DNA of 64,000 nt. Source: Nemertoderma westbladi. Lineage: Eukaryota; Animalia; Xenacoelomorpha. The stretch is taken from the NCBI GenBank assembly GCA_032718475.1, contig JAUCBJ010006257.1:8743-72742 (forward strand). Direction: 5' to 3'. A program made the position numbers and the translations under genes. Positions 15,001-26,377 of the stretch are shown here, piece by piece. Position 1 is the first letter of the stretch; each line of letters opens with the position of its first letter. Below the pieces are notes generated by a model. That model did no database searches. It was not told the DNA's origin and was given only the letters and a program-made list of their open reading frames with translations.

Positions 15001-18000
15001 CATTTGTAATCCAAGTGAAACTCAAGTCATTTGTAATCCAAGTGAAACTCAAGTAGTTTGTAATCCAAGTGAAACTCAAGTTATTTGTAATCCAAGTGAA
15101 ACTCAAGTCATTTGTAATCCAAGTGAAACTCAAGTCATTTGTAATCCAAGTTGAAACTCAAGTCATTTGTAATCCAAGTGAAACTCAAGTCAGTTTGTAA
15201 TCCAAGTGAAACTCAAGTCATTTGTAATCCAAGTGAAACTCAAGTCATTTGTAATCCAAGTGAAACTCAAGTCATTTGTAATCCAAGTTGAAACTCAAGT
15301 CATTTGTAATCCAAGTGAAACTCAAGTCATTTGTAATCCAAGTGAAACTCAAGTCATTTGTAATCCAAGTTGAAACTCAAGTCATTTGTAATCCAAGTGA
15401 AACTCAAGTCATTTGTAATCCAAGTGAAACTCAAGTCATTTGTAATCCAAGTTGAAACTCAAGTCATTTGTAATCCAAGTGAAACTCAAGTCATTTGTAA
15501 TCCAAGTGAAACTCAAGTCATTTGTAATCCAAGTGAAACTCAAGTCATTTGTAATCCAAGTTGAAACTCAAGTCATTTGTAATCCAAGTGAAACTCAAGT
15601 CATTTGTAATCCAAGTTGAAACTCAAGTCATTTGTAATCCAAGTGAAACTCAAGTCATTTGTAATCCAAGTTGAAACTCAAGTCATTTGTAATCCAAGTT
15701 GAAACTCAAGTCATTTGTAATCCAAGTGAAACTCAAGTCATTTGTAATCCAAGTGAAACTCAAGTCATTTGTAATCCAAGTGAAACTCAAGTCATTTGTA
15801 ATCCAAGTGAAACTCAAGTCATTTGTAATCCAAGTTGAAACTCAAGTCATTTGTAATCCAAGTGAAACTCAAGTCATTTGTAATCCAAGTGAAACTCAAG
15901 TCATTTGTAATCCAAGTGAAACTCAAGTCATTTGTAATCCAAGTGAAACTCAAGTCATTTGTAATCCAAGTGAAACTCAAGTCATTTGTAATCCAAGTGA
16001 AACTCAAGTCATTTGTAATCCAAGTGAAACTCAAGTCATTTGTAATCCAAGTGAAACTCAAGTCATTTGTAATCCAAGTGAAACTCAAGTCATTTGTAAT
16101 CCAAGTGAAACTCAAGTCATTTGTAATCCCAGTGAAACTCAAGTCATTTGTAATCCAAGTTGAAACTCAAGTCATTTGTAATCCAAGTTGAAACTCAAGT
16201 CATTTGTAATCCAAGTGAAACTTAAGTCTTTTGTAATCCAAGTGAAACTCAAGTCATTTGTAATCCAAGTGAAACTCAAGTCATTTGTAATCCAAGTTGA
16301 AACTCAAGTCATTTGTAATCCAAGTTGAAACTCAAGTCATTTCTAATCCAAGTTGAAACTCAAGTCATTTGTAATCCAAGTTGAAACTCAAGTCATTTGT
16401 AATCCAAGTTGAAACTCAAGTCATTTGTAATCCAAGTTGAAACTCAAGTCATTTGTAAAGTTGAAACTCAAGTCATTTGTAATCACAGTTGAAACTCAAG
16501 TCATTTGTAATCCAAGTGAAACTCAAGTCATTTGTAATCTAAGTGAAAATCAAGTCATTTGTATCCAAGTGAAACTCAAGTCATTTGTAATCCAAGTGAA
16601 ACTCAAGTCATTTGTAATCCAAATGAAACTCAAGTCATTTGTAATCCAAGTTGAAACTCAAGTCATTTGTAATCCAAGTGAAACTCAAGTCATTTGTAAT
16701 CCAAGTTGAAACTCAAGTCATTTGTAATCCAAGTGAAACTCAATTCATTTGTAATCCAAGTGAAACTCAAGTCATTTGTAATCCAAGTTGAAACTCAAGT
16801 CATTTGTAATCCAAGTGAAACTCAAGTCATTTGTAATCCAAGTTGAAACTCAAGTCATGTGTAATCCAAGTTGAAACTCAAGTCATTTGTAATCCAAGTG
16901 AAACTTAAGTCTTTTGTAATCCAAGTGAAAATCAAGTCATTTGTAATCCAAGTGAAACTCAAGTCATTTGTAATCCAAGTTGAAACTCAAGTCATTTGTA
17001 ATCCAAGTTGAAACTCAAGTCATTTGTAATCCAAGTGAAAATCAAGTCATTTGTAATCCAAGTGAAACTCAAGTCATTTGTAATCCAAGTTGAAACTCAA
17101 GTCATTTGTAATCCAAGTGAAACTCAAGTCATTTGTAATCCAAGTGAAACTCAAGTCATTTGTAATCCCAGTGAAACTCAAGTCATTTGTAATCCAAGTT
17201 GAAACTCAAGTCATTTGTAATCCAAGTTGAAACTCAAGTCATTTGTAATCCAAGTGAAACTTAAGTCTTTTGTAATCCAAGTGAAAATCAAGTCATTTGT
17301 AATCCAAGTGAAACTCAAGTCATTTGTAATCCAAGTTGAAACTCAAGTCATTTGTAATCCAAGTTGAAACTCAAGTCATTTCTAATCCAAGTTGAAACTC
17401 AAGTCATTTGTAATCCAAGTTGAAACTCAAGTCATTTGTAATCCAAGTTGAAACTCAAGTCATTTGTAATCCAAGTTGAAACTCAAGTCATTTGTAAAGT
17501 TGAAACTCAAGTCATTTGTAATCACAGTTGAAACTCAAGTCATTTGTAATCCAAGTGAAACTCAAGTCATTTGTAATCTAAGTGAAACTCAAGTCATTTG
17601 TATCCAAGTGAAACTCAAGTCATTTGTAATCCAAGTGAAACTCAAGTCATTTGTAATCCAAGTGAAACTCAAGTCATTTGTAATCCAAGTGAAACTCAAG
17701 TCATTTGTAATCCAAGTGAAACTCAAGTCATTTGTAATCCAAGTGAAACTCAAGTCATTTGTAATCCAAGTTGAAACTCAAGTCATTTGTAATCCAAGTG
17801 AAACTCAAGTCATTTGTAATCCAAGTTGAAACTCAAGTCATTTGTAATCCAAGTGAAACTCAAGTCATTTGTAATCCAAGTGAAACTCAAGTCATTTGTA
17901 ATCCAAGTTGAAACTCAAGTCATTTGTAATCCAAGTGAAACTCAAGTCATTTGTAATCCAAGTTGAAACTCAAGTCATTTGTAATCCAAGTGAAACTCAA

Positions 18001-21000
18001 GTCATTTGTAATCCAAGTGAAACTCAAGTCATTTGTAATCCAAGTTGAAACTCAAGTCATTTGTAATCCAAGTTGAAACTCAAGTCATTTGTAATCCAAG
18101 TGAAACGTCAAGTCATTTGTAATCCAAGTGAAACTCAAGTCATTTGTAATCCAAGTGAAACTCAAGTCATTTGTAATCCAAGTTGAAACTCAAGTCATTT
18201 GTAATCCAAGTTGAAACTCAAGTCATTTGTAATCCAAGTTGAAACTCAAGTCATTTGTAATCCAAGTGAAACTCAAGTCATTTGTAATCCAAGTGAAACT
18301 CAAGTCATTTGTAATCCAAGTTGAAACTCAAGTCATTTGTAATCCAAGTGAAACTCAAGTCATTTGTAATCCAAGTTGAAACTCAAGTCATTTGTAATCC
18401 AAGTTGAAACTCAAGTCATTTGTAATCCAAGTTGAAACTCAAGTCATTTGTAATCCAAGTGAAACTCAAGTCATTTGTAATCCAAGTTGAAACTCAAGTC
18501 ATTTGTAATCCAAGTTGAAACTCAAGTCATTTGTAATCCAAGTTGAAACTCAAGTCATTTGTAATCCAAGTGAAACTCAAGTCATTTGTAATCCAAGTTG
18601 AAACTCAAGTCATTTGTAATCCAAGTGAAACTCAAGTCATTTGTAATCCAAGTTGAAACTCAAGTCATTTGTAATCCAAGTGAAACTCAAGTCATTTGTA
18701 ATCCAAGTTGAAACTCAAGTCATTTGTAATCCAAGTGAAACTCAAGTCATTTGTAATCCAAGTTGAAACTCAAGTCATTTGTAATCTAAGTGAAACTCAA
18801 GTCATTTGTAATCCAAGTTGAAACTCAAGTCATTTGTAATCCAAGTTGAAACTCAAGTCATTTGTAATCCAAGTTGAAACTCAAGTCATTTGTAATCCAA
18901 GTGAAACTCAAGTCATTTGTAATCCAAGTTGAAACTCAAGTCATTTGTAATCCAAGTGAAACTCAAGTCATTTGTAATCCAAGTTGAAACTCAAGTCATT
19001 TGTAATCCAAGTGAAACTCAAGTCATTTGTAATCCAAGTTGAAACTCAAGTCATTTGTAATCTAAGTGAAACTCAAGTCATTTGTAATCCAAGTTGAAAC
19101 TCAAGTCATTTGTAATCCAAGTGAAACTCAAGTCATTTGTAATCCAAGTTGAAACTCAAGTCATTTGTAATCCAAGTTGAAACTCAAGTCATTTGTAATC
19201 CAAGTTGAAACTCAAGTCATTTGTAATCCAAGTGAAACTCAAGTCATTTGTAATCCAAGTTGAAACTCAAGTCATTTGTAATCCAAGTTGAAACTCAAGT
19301 CATTTGTAATCCAAGTTGAAACTCAAGTCATTTGTAATCCAAGTTGAAACTCAAGTCATTTGTAATCCAAGTTGAAACTCAAGTCATTTGTAATCCAAGT
19401 GAAACTCAAGTCATTTGTAATCCAAGTTGAAACTCAAGTCATTTGTAATCCAAGTTGAAACTCAAGTCATTTGTAATCCAAGTTGAAACTCAAGTCATTT
19501 GTAATCCAAGTTGAAACTCAAGTCATTTGTAATCCAAGTTGAAACTCAAGTCATTTGTAATCCAAGTTGAAACTCAAGTCATTTGTAATCCAAGTTGAAA
19601 CTCAAGTCATTTGTAATCCAAGTTGAAACTCAAGTCATTTGTAATCCAAGTGAAACTCAAGTCATTTGTAATCCAAGTTGAAACTCAAGTCATTTGTAAT
19701 CCAAGTGAAACTCAAGTCATTTGTAATCCAAGTTGAAACTCAAGTCATTTGTAATCCAAGTTGAAACTCAAGTCATTTGTAATCCAAGTTGAAACTCAAG
19801 TCATTTGTAATCCAAGTTGAAACTCAAGTCATTTGTAATCCAAGTTGAAACTCAAGTCATTTGTAATCCAAGTGAAACTCAAGTCATTTGTAATCCAAGT
19901 TGAAACTCAAGTCATTTGTAATCCAAGTTGAAACTCAAGTCATTTGTAATCCAAGTTGAAACTCAAGTCATTTGTAATCCAAGTTGAAACTCAAGTCATT
20001 TGTAATCCAAGTTGAAACTCAAGTCATTTGTAATCCAAGTTGAAACTCAAGTCATTTGTAATCCAAGTTGAAACTCAAGTCATTTGTAATCCAAGTTGAA
20101 ACTCAAGTCATTTGTAATCCAAGTGAAACTCAAGTCATTTGTAATCCAAGTTGAAACTCAAGTCATTTGTAATCCAAGTTGAAACTCAAGTCATTTGTAA
20201 TCCAAGTTGAAACTCAAGTCATTTGTAATCCAAGTGAAACTCAAGTCATTTGTAATCCAAGTTGAAACTCAAGTCATTTGTAATCCAAGTTGAAACTCAA
20301 GTCATTTGTAATCCAAGTTGAAACTCAAGTCATTTGTAAAGTTGAAACTCAAGTCATTTGTAATCCAAGTGAAACTCAAGTCATTTGTAATCCAAGTTGA
20401 AACTCAAGTCATTTGTAAAGTTGAAACTCAAGTCATTTGTAATCCAAGTGAAACTCAAGTCATTTGTAATCCAAGTTGAAACTCAAGTCATTTGTAATCT
20501 AAGTGAAACTCAAGTCATTTGTAATCCAAGTTGAAACTCAAGTCATTTGTAATCCAAGTGAAACTCAAGTCATTTGTAATCCAAGTTGAAACTCAAGTCA
20601 TTTGTAATCCAAGTGAAACTCAAGTCATTTGTAATCCAAGTTGAAACTCAAGTCATTTGTAATCTAAGTGAAACTCAAGTCATTTGTAATCCAAGTTGAA
20701 ACTCAAGTCATTTGTAATCCAAGTGAAACTCAAGTCATTTGTAATCCAAGTTGAAACTCAAGTCATTTGTAATCCAAGTTGAAACTCAAGTCATTTGTAA
20801 TCCAAGTTGAAACTCAAGTCATTTGTAATCCAAGTGAAACTCAAGTCATTTGTAATCCAAGTTGAAACTCAAGTCATTTGTAATCCAAGTGAAACTCAAG
20901 TCATTTGTAATCCAAGTTGAAACTCAAGTCATTTGTAATCCAAGTTGAAACTCAAGTCATTTGTAATCCAAGTTGAAACTCAAGTCATTTGTAATCCAAG

Positions 21001-21247
21001 TTGAAACTCAAGTCATTTGTAATCCAAGTTGAAACTCAAGTCATTTGTAATCCAAGTGAAACTCAAGTCATTTGTAATCCAAGTGAAACTCAAGTCATTT
21101 GTAATCCAAGTTGAAACTTAAGTCATTTGTAATCCAAGTTGAAACTCAAGTCATTTGTAATCCAAGTTGAAACTCAAGTCATTTGTAATCCAAGTTGAAA
21201 CTCAAGTCATTTGTAATCCAAGTTGAAACTCAAGTCATTTGTAATCC
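1..21247. repeat. 27/28-bp satellite array, consensus (T)TGAAACTCAAGTCATTTGTAATCCAAG, roughly 770 copies; runs to the left edge of the window
   Basis: Directly visible. Monomers differ mainly by one T (gtgaaa vs gttgaaa) and by variants of gtCatt (gtAatt, gtTatt, gtAGtt). The array ends abruptly at ...gtaatcc|gatctg. All ORFs in this interval are translations of the repeat. Confidence 0.99.
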
Positions 21248-21701
21248 GATCTGAACTGATATGAGTGGAGCGAATATTGGATTTTACTTGGAATTATGCT
21301 TAAGAGTTACGACCTACTAAATTCAGAGGGATTCTCGGAATTATAATGTCCATAGGCCTCTATGCTGTAAGTAGTTGGTAGACAAACCCGTCACCATATC
21401 AAAGTACAACGCGATAATAACGCAAGCCGACATCACTATATAAATGGTCAATGGAACTGTAGGTGTGATTATATCTTATTAAAGTAAGAATGTAGGTTGT
21501 AATTAGACGACAGATATGATGGCTAAACTTCTATAATTTAAAATAAAGCTTTATTGTTTGAGACCTGTAGTGAAACATGTGATGGGATTCGAGCTCGTAC
21601 TTGTGGTCAGGGATATGTTGTGTGTCTGATACCGATAGTACGATAGTACATGGTAGAGGACGGTCTGTCAGTTTTAGGAAACTAAGCAACGTATTTGAAG
21701 A

Positions 21702-22245
21702 TATAATTATTTATTACATGGTAAAAAATGAGAACTTTTTTTACTATTCTCGAGGCATTTTATTTACCGAGCTCCAACGAGGTTAATAAAGGGTCGAGAG
21801 AATATTGAATTTCCATAGTTACTGCGATTCAAATTACTGTATTCTTCAAGTCATGATGCTGCCTAACTCAATGTTAAATAATTTAGTGTTCTCGAATATT
21901 TATTACGTAATAACTAGAGAGCTGCTTAACTACATACACCAATATTGAATATTTTGGAGTACCTCTTGCAGACACTAAAGTTGCAATAACTTTTGAGTTT
22001 TTGCTTTTGGGATTTTGCTCAAATTACTTGCAAACAACAACATCGATGCTCTTTCAACACATGTAATAAAATTTAAGAAATTCCACCAAAATATTTTATT
22101 TTACTTTTTTCGCCGGAAAAAAGGAAAATTATTATAATCATAAAAAAAGTAAAATCAATACAATCCGTTTGGTTACTTATTTCCCTGGAGAAAATTACTT
22201 TTATTTTGGGGTACATTCGAACCAAAAAGTAACAATTTAAGAATA
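21702..22245 (+). mobile_element. Dispersed repeat copy A (putative non-autonomous DNA element); second copy at about 45141-45849
   Basis: Shared blocks in the same order and orientation, e.g. actattctcgaggcattttatttaccgagctccaacgaggttaataaa, ttccatagttactgcgattcaaatta, gcagacactaaagttg, aagaaattccaccaaaa, gtaacaatttaagaata. Copy A lacks about 140 bp present in copy B. Confidence 0.8.
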
Positions 22246-22540
22246 CAAATTCATTCGTTATTTTATGAAAATAAGTTAGTAGTTGTTATTGGTTTAGTTC
22301 TATCAAAGCATGTTTATCGTAGGAAAAGTCCAATCTTTATTCCTTAAAAGCCGACTATAAATCAGTTAATTTATATTATTATTATTCCAGTTGCATTAAC
22401 AGCTCAATACCAATTTGTATATTTACATACTACCGTAGAAGGCATTTTGAAACTGGTCTACACTCTACTCTGAGACTGATATTCTTTAACAATGAGTAGG
22501 GCCTAATCTCGCCAGTCGCGTTAACTGCAAGAACAACGAC

Positions 22541-23587
22541 ATGAATATAACCGGTACTAAGATTCGCGTCGAAACCGACGAGGTTATAAAGATACTCGCC
22601 AAGGACTTCAACCATCATACGTCATCCATGACGTCACTGAACAGCTATGAAGATATTAACTACTTGGTTCCCACAGCAACGGGGAAATTTGTGTTGAAAA
22701 TTTCGAATCCCAGAGACTCTAAGAATGCCAATTTAATGGACGGATTAACTGAAGTTATGATTCATTTAAGAGATCGAGGTGTTGTGTGTCCCGTACCGCA
22801 ACGTTCTACAGGAGGAGATTATATTGTGTACCGCGAATTCCTCGACAAAAACAACCAATCACATCAATGCGCAGTTCGGCTTCTCTCTTACGTAGAAGGG
22901 GAGATATTATTTAAAGCGTCAGTAATAACAGACAACCTGTTGAAACAGCTGGGCGGATTTCTCGCGGATATTGATAAAGGGTTGATGACGTACACTCATC
23001 CGGGTGTTACGTCACGCACAGATTTTGATTGGGACATGAGGAATGCGCAACGAATGCGAAAATATATTGAATATATTCCAGAACCGAATCGAAGGCAACT
23101 CATTACTAACGTCTTGGATAGATTCCTGGAAAAGTTTGCAATTCATCAAGTTAATATGACGGGGGGGATTATTCACGGCGACTTTAATGGCCATAACATT
23201 TTAGTTGATGAAGATTGTAAAATGCGTGGCATTCTAGATTTTGGTCACACAGTAAATTCCTTCCTAGCATTTGACCTAGGAATCGCTATAATGTATATTT
23301 CTAAGGAATTATTTAGCAAGTACGATGAAGAACGCTTTCTGAATGCACCACGTTACTTCCTCCAATCATATTGCGCGAAGATAACCCTCAACCAATCAGA
23401 TTTGGAAATGGTTGTCGTAGCAACAATGATGCGTTATGCAATGTCTTTAACTAAAAGCTGGTACAACCTAACGTTGGATCCGGATAATATTTATTTATTA
23501 GACACAGAACGGGGCGGCGGTTGGAAATGCCTCCAATTATTGGCTGATCAGGACGCTGATGCGTTACTTCGACGGTGGATGGCGTAG
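22541..23587 (+). CDS. HYKK: Hydroxylysine kinase-like protein (APH/choline kinase fold), single coding exon, 348 aa
   Basis: N-terminal SYEDINY...KFVLKISN and VRLLSYVEG resemble animal HYKK/AGPHD1. Catalytic motifs IIHGDFNGHNILV and GILDFG are present. Length matches the family. Confidence 0.82.
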   Translation: MNITGTKIRVETDEVIKILAKDFNHHTSSMTSLNSYEDINYLVPTATGKFVLKISNPRDSKNANLMDGLTEVMIHLRDRGVVCPVPQRSTGGDYIVYREFLDKNNQSHQCAVRLLSYVEGEILFKASVITDNLLKQLGGFLADIDKGLMTYTHPGVTSRTDFDWDMRNAQRMRKYIEYIPEPNRRQLITNVLDRFLEKFAIHQVNMTGGIIHGDFNGHNILVDEDCKMRGILDFGHTVNSFLAFDLGIAIMYISKELFSKYDEERFLNAPRYFLQSYCAKITLNQSDLEMVVVATMMRYAMSLTKSWYNLTLDPDNIYLLDTERGGGWKCLQLLADQDADALLRRWMA

Positions 23588-23891
23588 TGAGTGACTACCG
23601 TACCGCATTTATTGATAAACAACTAAACAATTATTGCTCGTAAACTGTGTAAACAGTTAGACATTAATTAATTACATAGGCCCTAATTATTTTTCTAAGA
23701 CTTTAACTGACTTAAGTTCGAGTCACACAATCACATGAGCTTTTCACTTTCAATTAAAAGATTTAACACATGGTAGCCTGAGGACGAACTCAGAAAAACA
23801 GTCAACTTTCAACATTTATTTATAGGAAGGGATCTAGGGGTCTTTACCTCGAATGATAAGTTTATTTTACCGAAAATAACTTATCTTTTAT

Positions 23892-23938
23892 TGGCGCAAT
23901 AGTCTCGGCTTCCACCTCTAGGGCCCAGGTTCGAATCC
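23892..23938 (+). promoter_or_regulatory. Pol III type-2 internal promoter-like motifs (A box TGGCGCAATAG at 23892; B box GGTTCGAATCC at 23928)
   Basis: The B box is a perfect match to GGTTCGANNCC. The A box is close to TRGCNNARYGG. The spacing is tRNA-like. Confidence 0.55.
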
Positions 23939-23941
23939 GTC

Positions 23942-23984
23942 ACCACGCTGATGAGACCCAGTAAGGTCGAAACGCGTACGTGGT
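23942..23984 (+). ncRNA. Type I hammerhead ribozyme with minimal, palindromic stem III; predicted cleavage after GUA (A23978)
   Basis: ACCACG-CTGATGA-GACC-cagtaa-GGTC-GAAA-CGCG-TA-CGTGGT. The core CUGAUGA/GAAA/UH is intact, stem I is ACCACG/CGTGGT, stem II is GACC/GGTC, and stem III is formed by the palindrome ACGCGT. Confidence 0.9.
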
Positions 23985-24770
23985 TTGGAGAGATATGAGA
24001 TATTAATTTCAAGAAAAATTACGCGATTCCTAAATTTGTACACTACCCGGTTAAAAAAAAAAGTACGCATGTGATGGGATTAGTCCTACAATTGCGCCAA
24101 TAAAAGATAAGTTATTTTCGGTAAAATAAACTTATCATTCGAGGTAAAGACCCCTAGATCCCTTCCTATAAATAAATGTATAATAACAAACACCTCGAAA
24201 AATACAGCTTGCTAACACATTGTTACTATCAATAACTTTCAACATGAAACTTTCAAAATCCCCTTTAGTCATCTTCTTATTGAAAGTTGGCATTTTTAGT
24301 ATTGACAACCAATCAAAATTAACAACTATTTACCGACTAAGTATTGTGCAACAATATAGCTAATTTTTTTTTATGAGATGAAAGTTGAAAGTCTATATGT
24401 GAACCAAGTTGATAAATGAGCACTGCACGGATCCGCAGATTACACCCTAAAAAGGTAAAACAAGTTGACTTCTATAGAGACAATGTTTAATGATAGAAAC
24501 CGGATACTGATCCGTATCCCTGACCCTGCTCCAGGTAAGGAGTTACAATAATGTAAAACGAATTCCTGTTTATGGCTTGATAATAATTTAATTTGTTTTG
24601 TAAATAAAGATGATAATAAAGATATAATCTTCAGCTCCAAATAGGCTCTCATCAAGCAACACGATAAATCGCGCAAAATTAATCAGACGTCTATATTTTA
24701 TTATTAATAATTATTATTTAATTAATAATACTTGCAGCCACCAAGTAATGAAAAACGATCTTATTTTTAA

Positions 24771-26377
24771 GGGGAGTAGTACAGGCATCCAATTTTTTTT
24801 CAAATTTTTTCCTGTTTCATCTAGAGCAAATTTTTATCAAGATTCCAAATTTGAAAACCGTTTAGCAAGATCTGCCTTACCTCTCGAGATATGGCTGTCT
24901 GTCCGATTGACTGTCGGTTTGTCCATCAGTATGTCTGTCAGTCAATAAAAACTATCTATCTAAAAAAATTACCTCTATGGGTTTTCGTGGTCGTTGACTT
25001 CATTTCTGATGTCATTCTTCAAATTTGGCCGCGTCGTTTCTGTCTGTATGCCTGTCAGTCTCTCCGTCAAAATATATACGACAGACTGACTGCCAAACAT
25101 ACAATTTGGAAGCCATCAAATGTTAAATCTGACCATCGAAATGAATTATGCGACCAGGAAAACCCCTCTAGCTAAACTTTTTACTAGATTGTATGACCTT
25201 TTCTTATATTTGACGGACAGATTGTCGGATGGTCAGAAAAAAGACCGACAGACAGACATACATACAGACTAACAAAATTTCATTAAAAGTGAAAACTGAC
25301 CTCAGAAATGAAATCAGCGACCACGAAAACCCCATAGCAAAATTCTTAGCATGGTTTTGTGCTTTCTTATGGCTAGGTATATATTGACAGTCATTATTTC
25401 ATAATAACAGACAGTTTTTGCGCGGGAAGGTTCAAATTTTAACTGGATTTTTCTCAAAATGAGATTTTAGAATTCTTTCGGTACATTTTTTCAGCTGCCA
25501 TTTGATTTATATACTTGTAATATTCTCACTAGGATCATTTTTTACCGTAGAATAAGAAGGTATACCAATTAGTTGTGTGAGCGTATTCAATTCCGCCACA
25601 CTAAACCCCATAAAGTTGGCGTTAAGCAATATTGGAACTACAAGGTTGATTACCAATCAACCTTGTATCACCCCAATAAGCGGGGCAACAAACCCCAAAG
25701 GGAAACACACACAGCGGGGGTCAGAGGTTACACCTCCGGGAGGGAGGGAATGACAGCAGCAGGGGGAACACTCCCAGGGAGATGAGAGGGTGAGAAGTGA
25801 GCTATTAGCCAATGGGGGGAAGGCATCGGCTGAGTAGTGTAATGCGGCCAACCGTGCAATATATATTACCAGTCTGTTGTATCATTCCATTCAGTTATCC
25901 CAGTACAGTCACGGCAGTACGGTTACAGTTAAGACCGTCACCGCCGTCACCAATCACTATCATTTATCCATATACCGGTTAACTGTGCTATCTACTGTTA
26001 TCTCAGTACAATATATCATTAATAACGACACTGGAACAACAACTCTTTCCATTCACACGGCGGGGACGCGTACGTAAACAACACCGGATAAACCGGGATC
26101 CTCTCGGATCCCGTCACAAGTTGTTTTATATTATTTACCTATAAGTACCGCATTGTGATTTTAATGTTTGTGACACAAATTATTTGGCTATTTTTTTTTA
26201 AATTTGGTCTTTAAATAGAAATTCAAAATAAACCAATTGGTCTTCCTGAAAGCCCGTTAAATTCCGGTTGAATGCAAGAACAGTTGGCCTATAAAGTAAT
26301 CTAAAGCGTTCCAAAAGTGTACGGAGGCTTAATAGTAGTTTGTATGGATATTGGATAAAATGCCTGTACTACTCCCC
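24771..26377. mobile_element. Non-autonomous DNA transposon with TTAA TSD and 18-bp TIR GGGGAGTAGTACAGGCAT (Kolobok-like)
   Basis: ttaa|ggggagtagtacaggcat at 24767 and atgcctgtactactcccc|ttaa ending 26381. There are also internal inverted repeats (about 24979 and 25297). A TTAA TSD with RR termini fits Kolobok rather than piggyBac, which has YY termini. Confidence 0.8.
25576..26118. mobile_element. Solo LTR (543 bp) nested in the Kolobok-like element
   Basis: TGTGA...TCACA termini with an exact 5-bp TSD AGTTG (25571-25575 and 26119-26123). CCAAT-like and TATA-like motifs lie at about 25807-25868. Confidence 0.8.

Larger units (their letters stand above)
23812..24179. mobile_element. 368-bp foldback element with perfect 89-bp inverted repeats (23812-23900 / 24091-24179) enclosing a tRNA-like head, a hammerhead ribozyme and an A10 tract
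   Basis: acatttatttataggaaggg...ttttattggcgcaat is the exact reverse complement of attgcgccaataaaa...cccttcctataaataaatgt. No clear TSD. Confidence 0.85.

Noticed and set aside
442-17829. Many ORFs (ETQVICNPS / KLKSFVIQV / SFTWITNDL)
   Set aside because: These are translations of runs of 27-mers, broken at every 28-mer.
1-21247. CRISPR-like repeats (28 bp, containing GTTGAAAC)
   Set aside because: The units are head-to-tail with no unique spacers, there are no cas genes, and the context is eukaryotic. This is a satellite.
22541-23587. Bacterial aminoglycoside phosphotransferase acquired by HGT
   Set aside because: The motifs fit animal HYKK, and neighbouring genes are also intron-poor, so the lack of introns is uninformative. 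A phylogeny would settle it.
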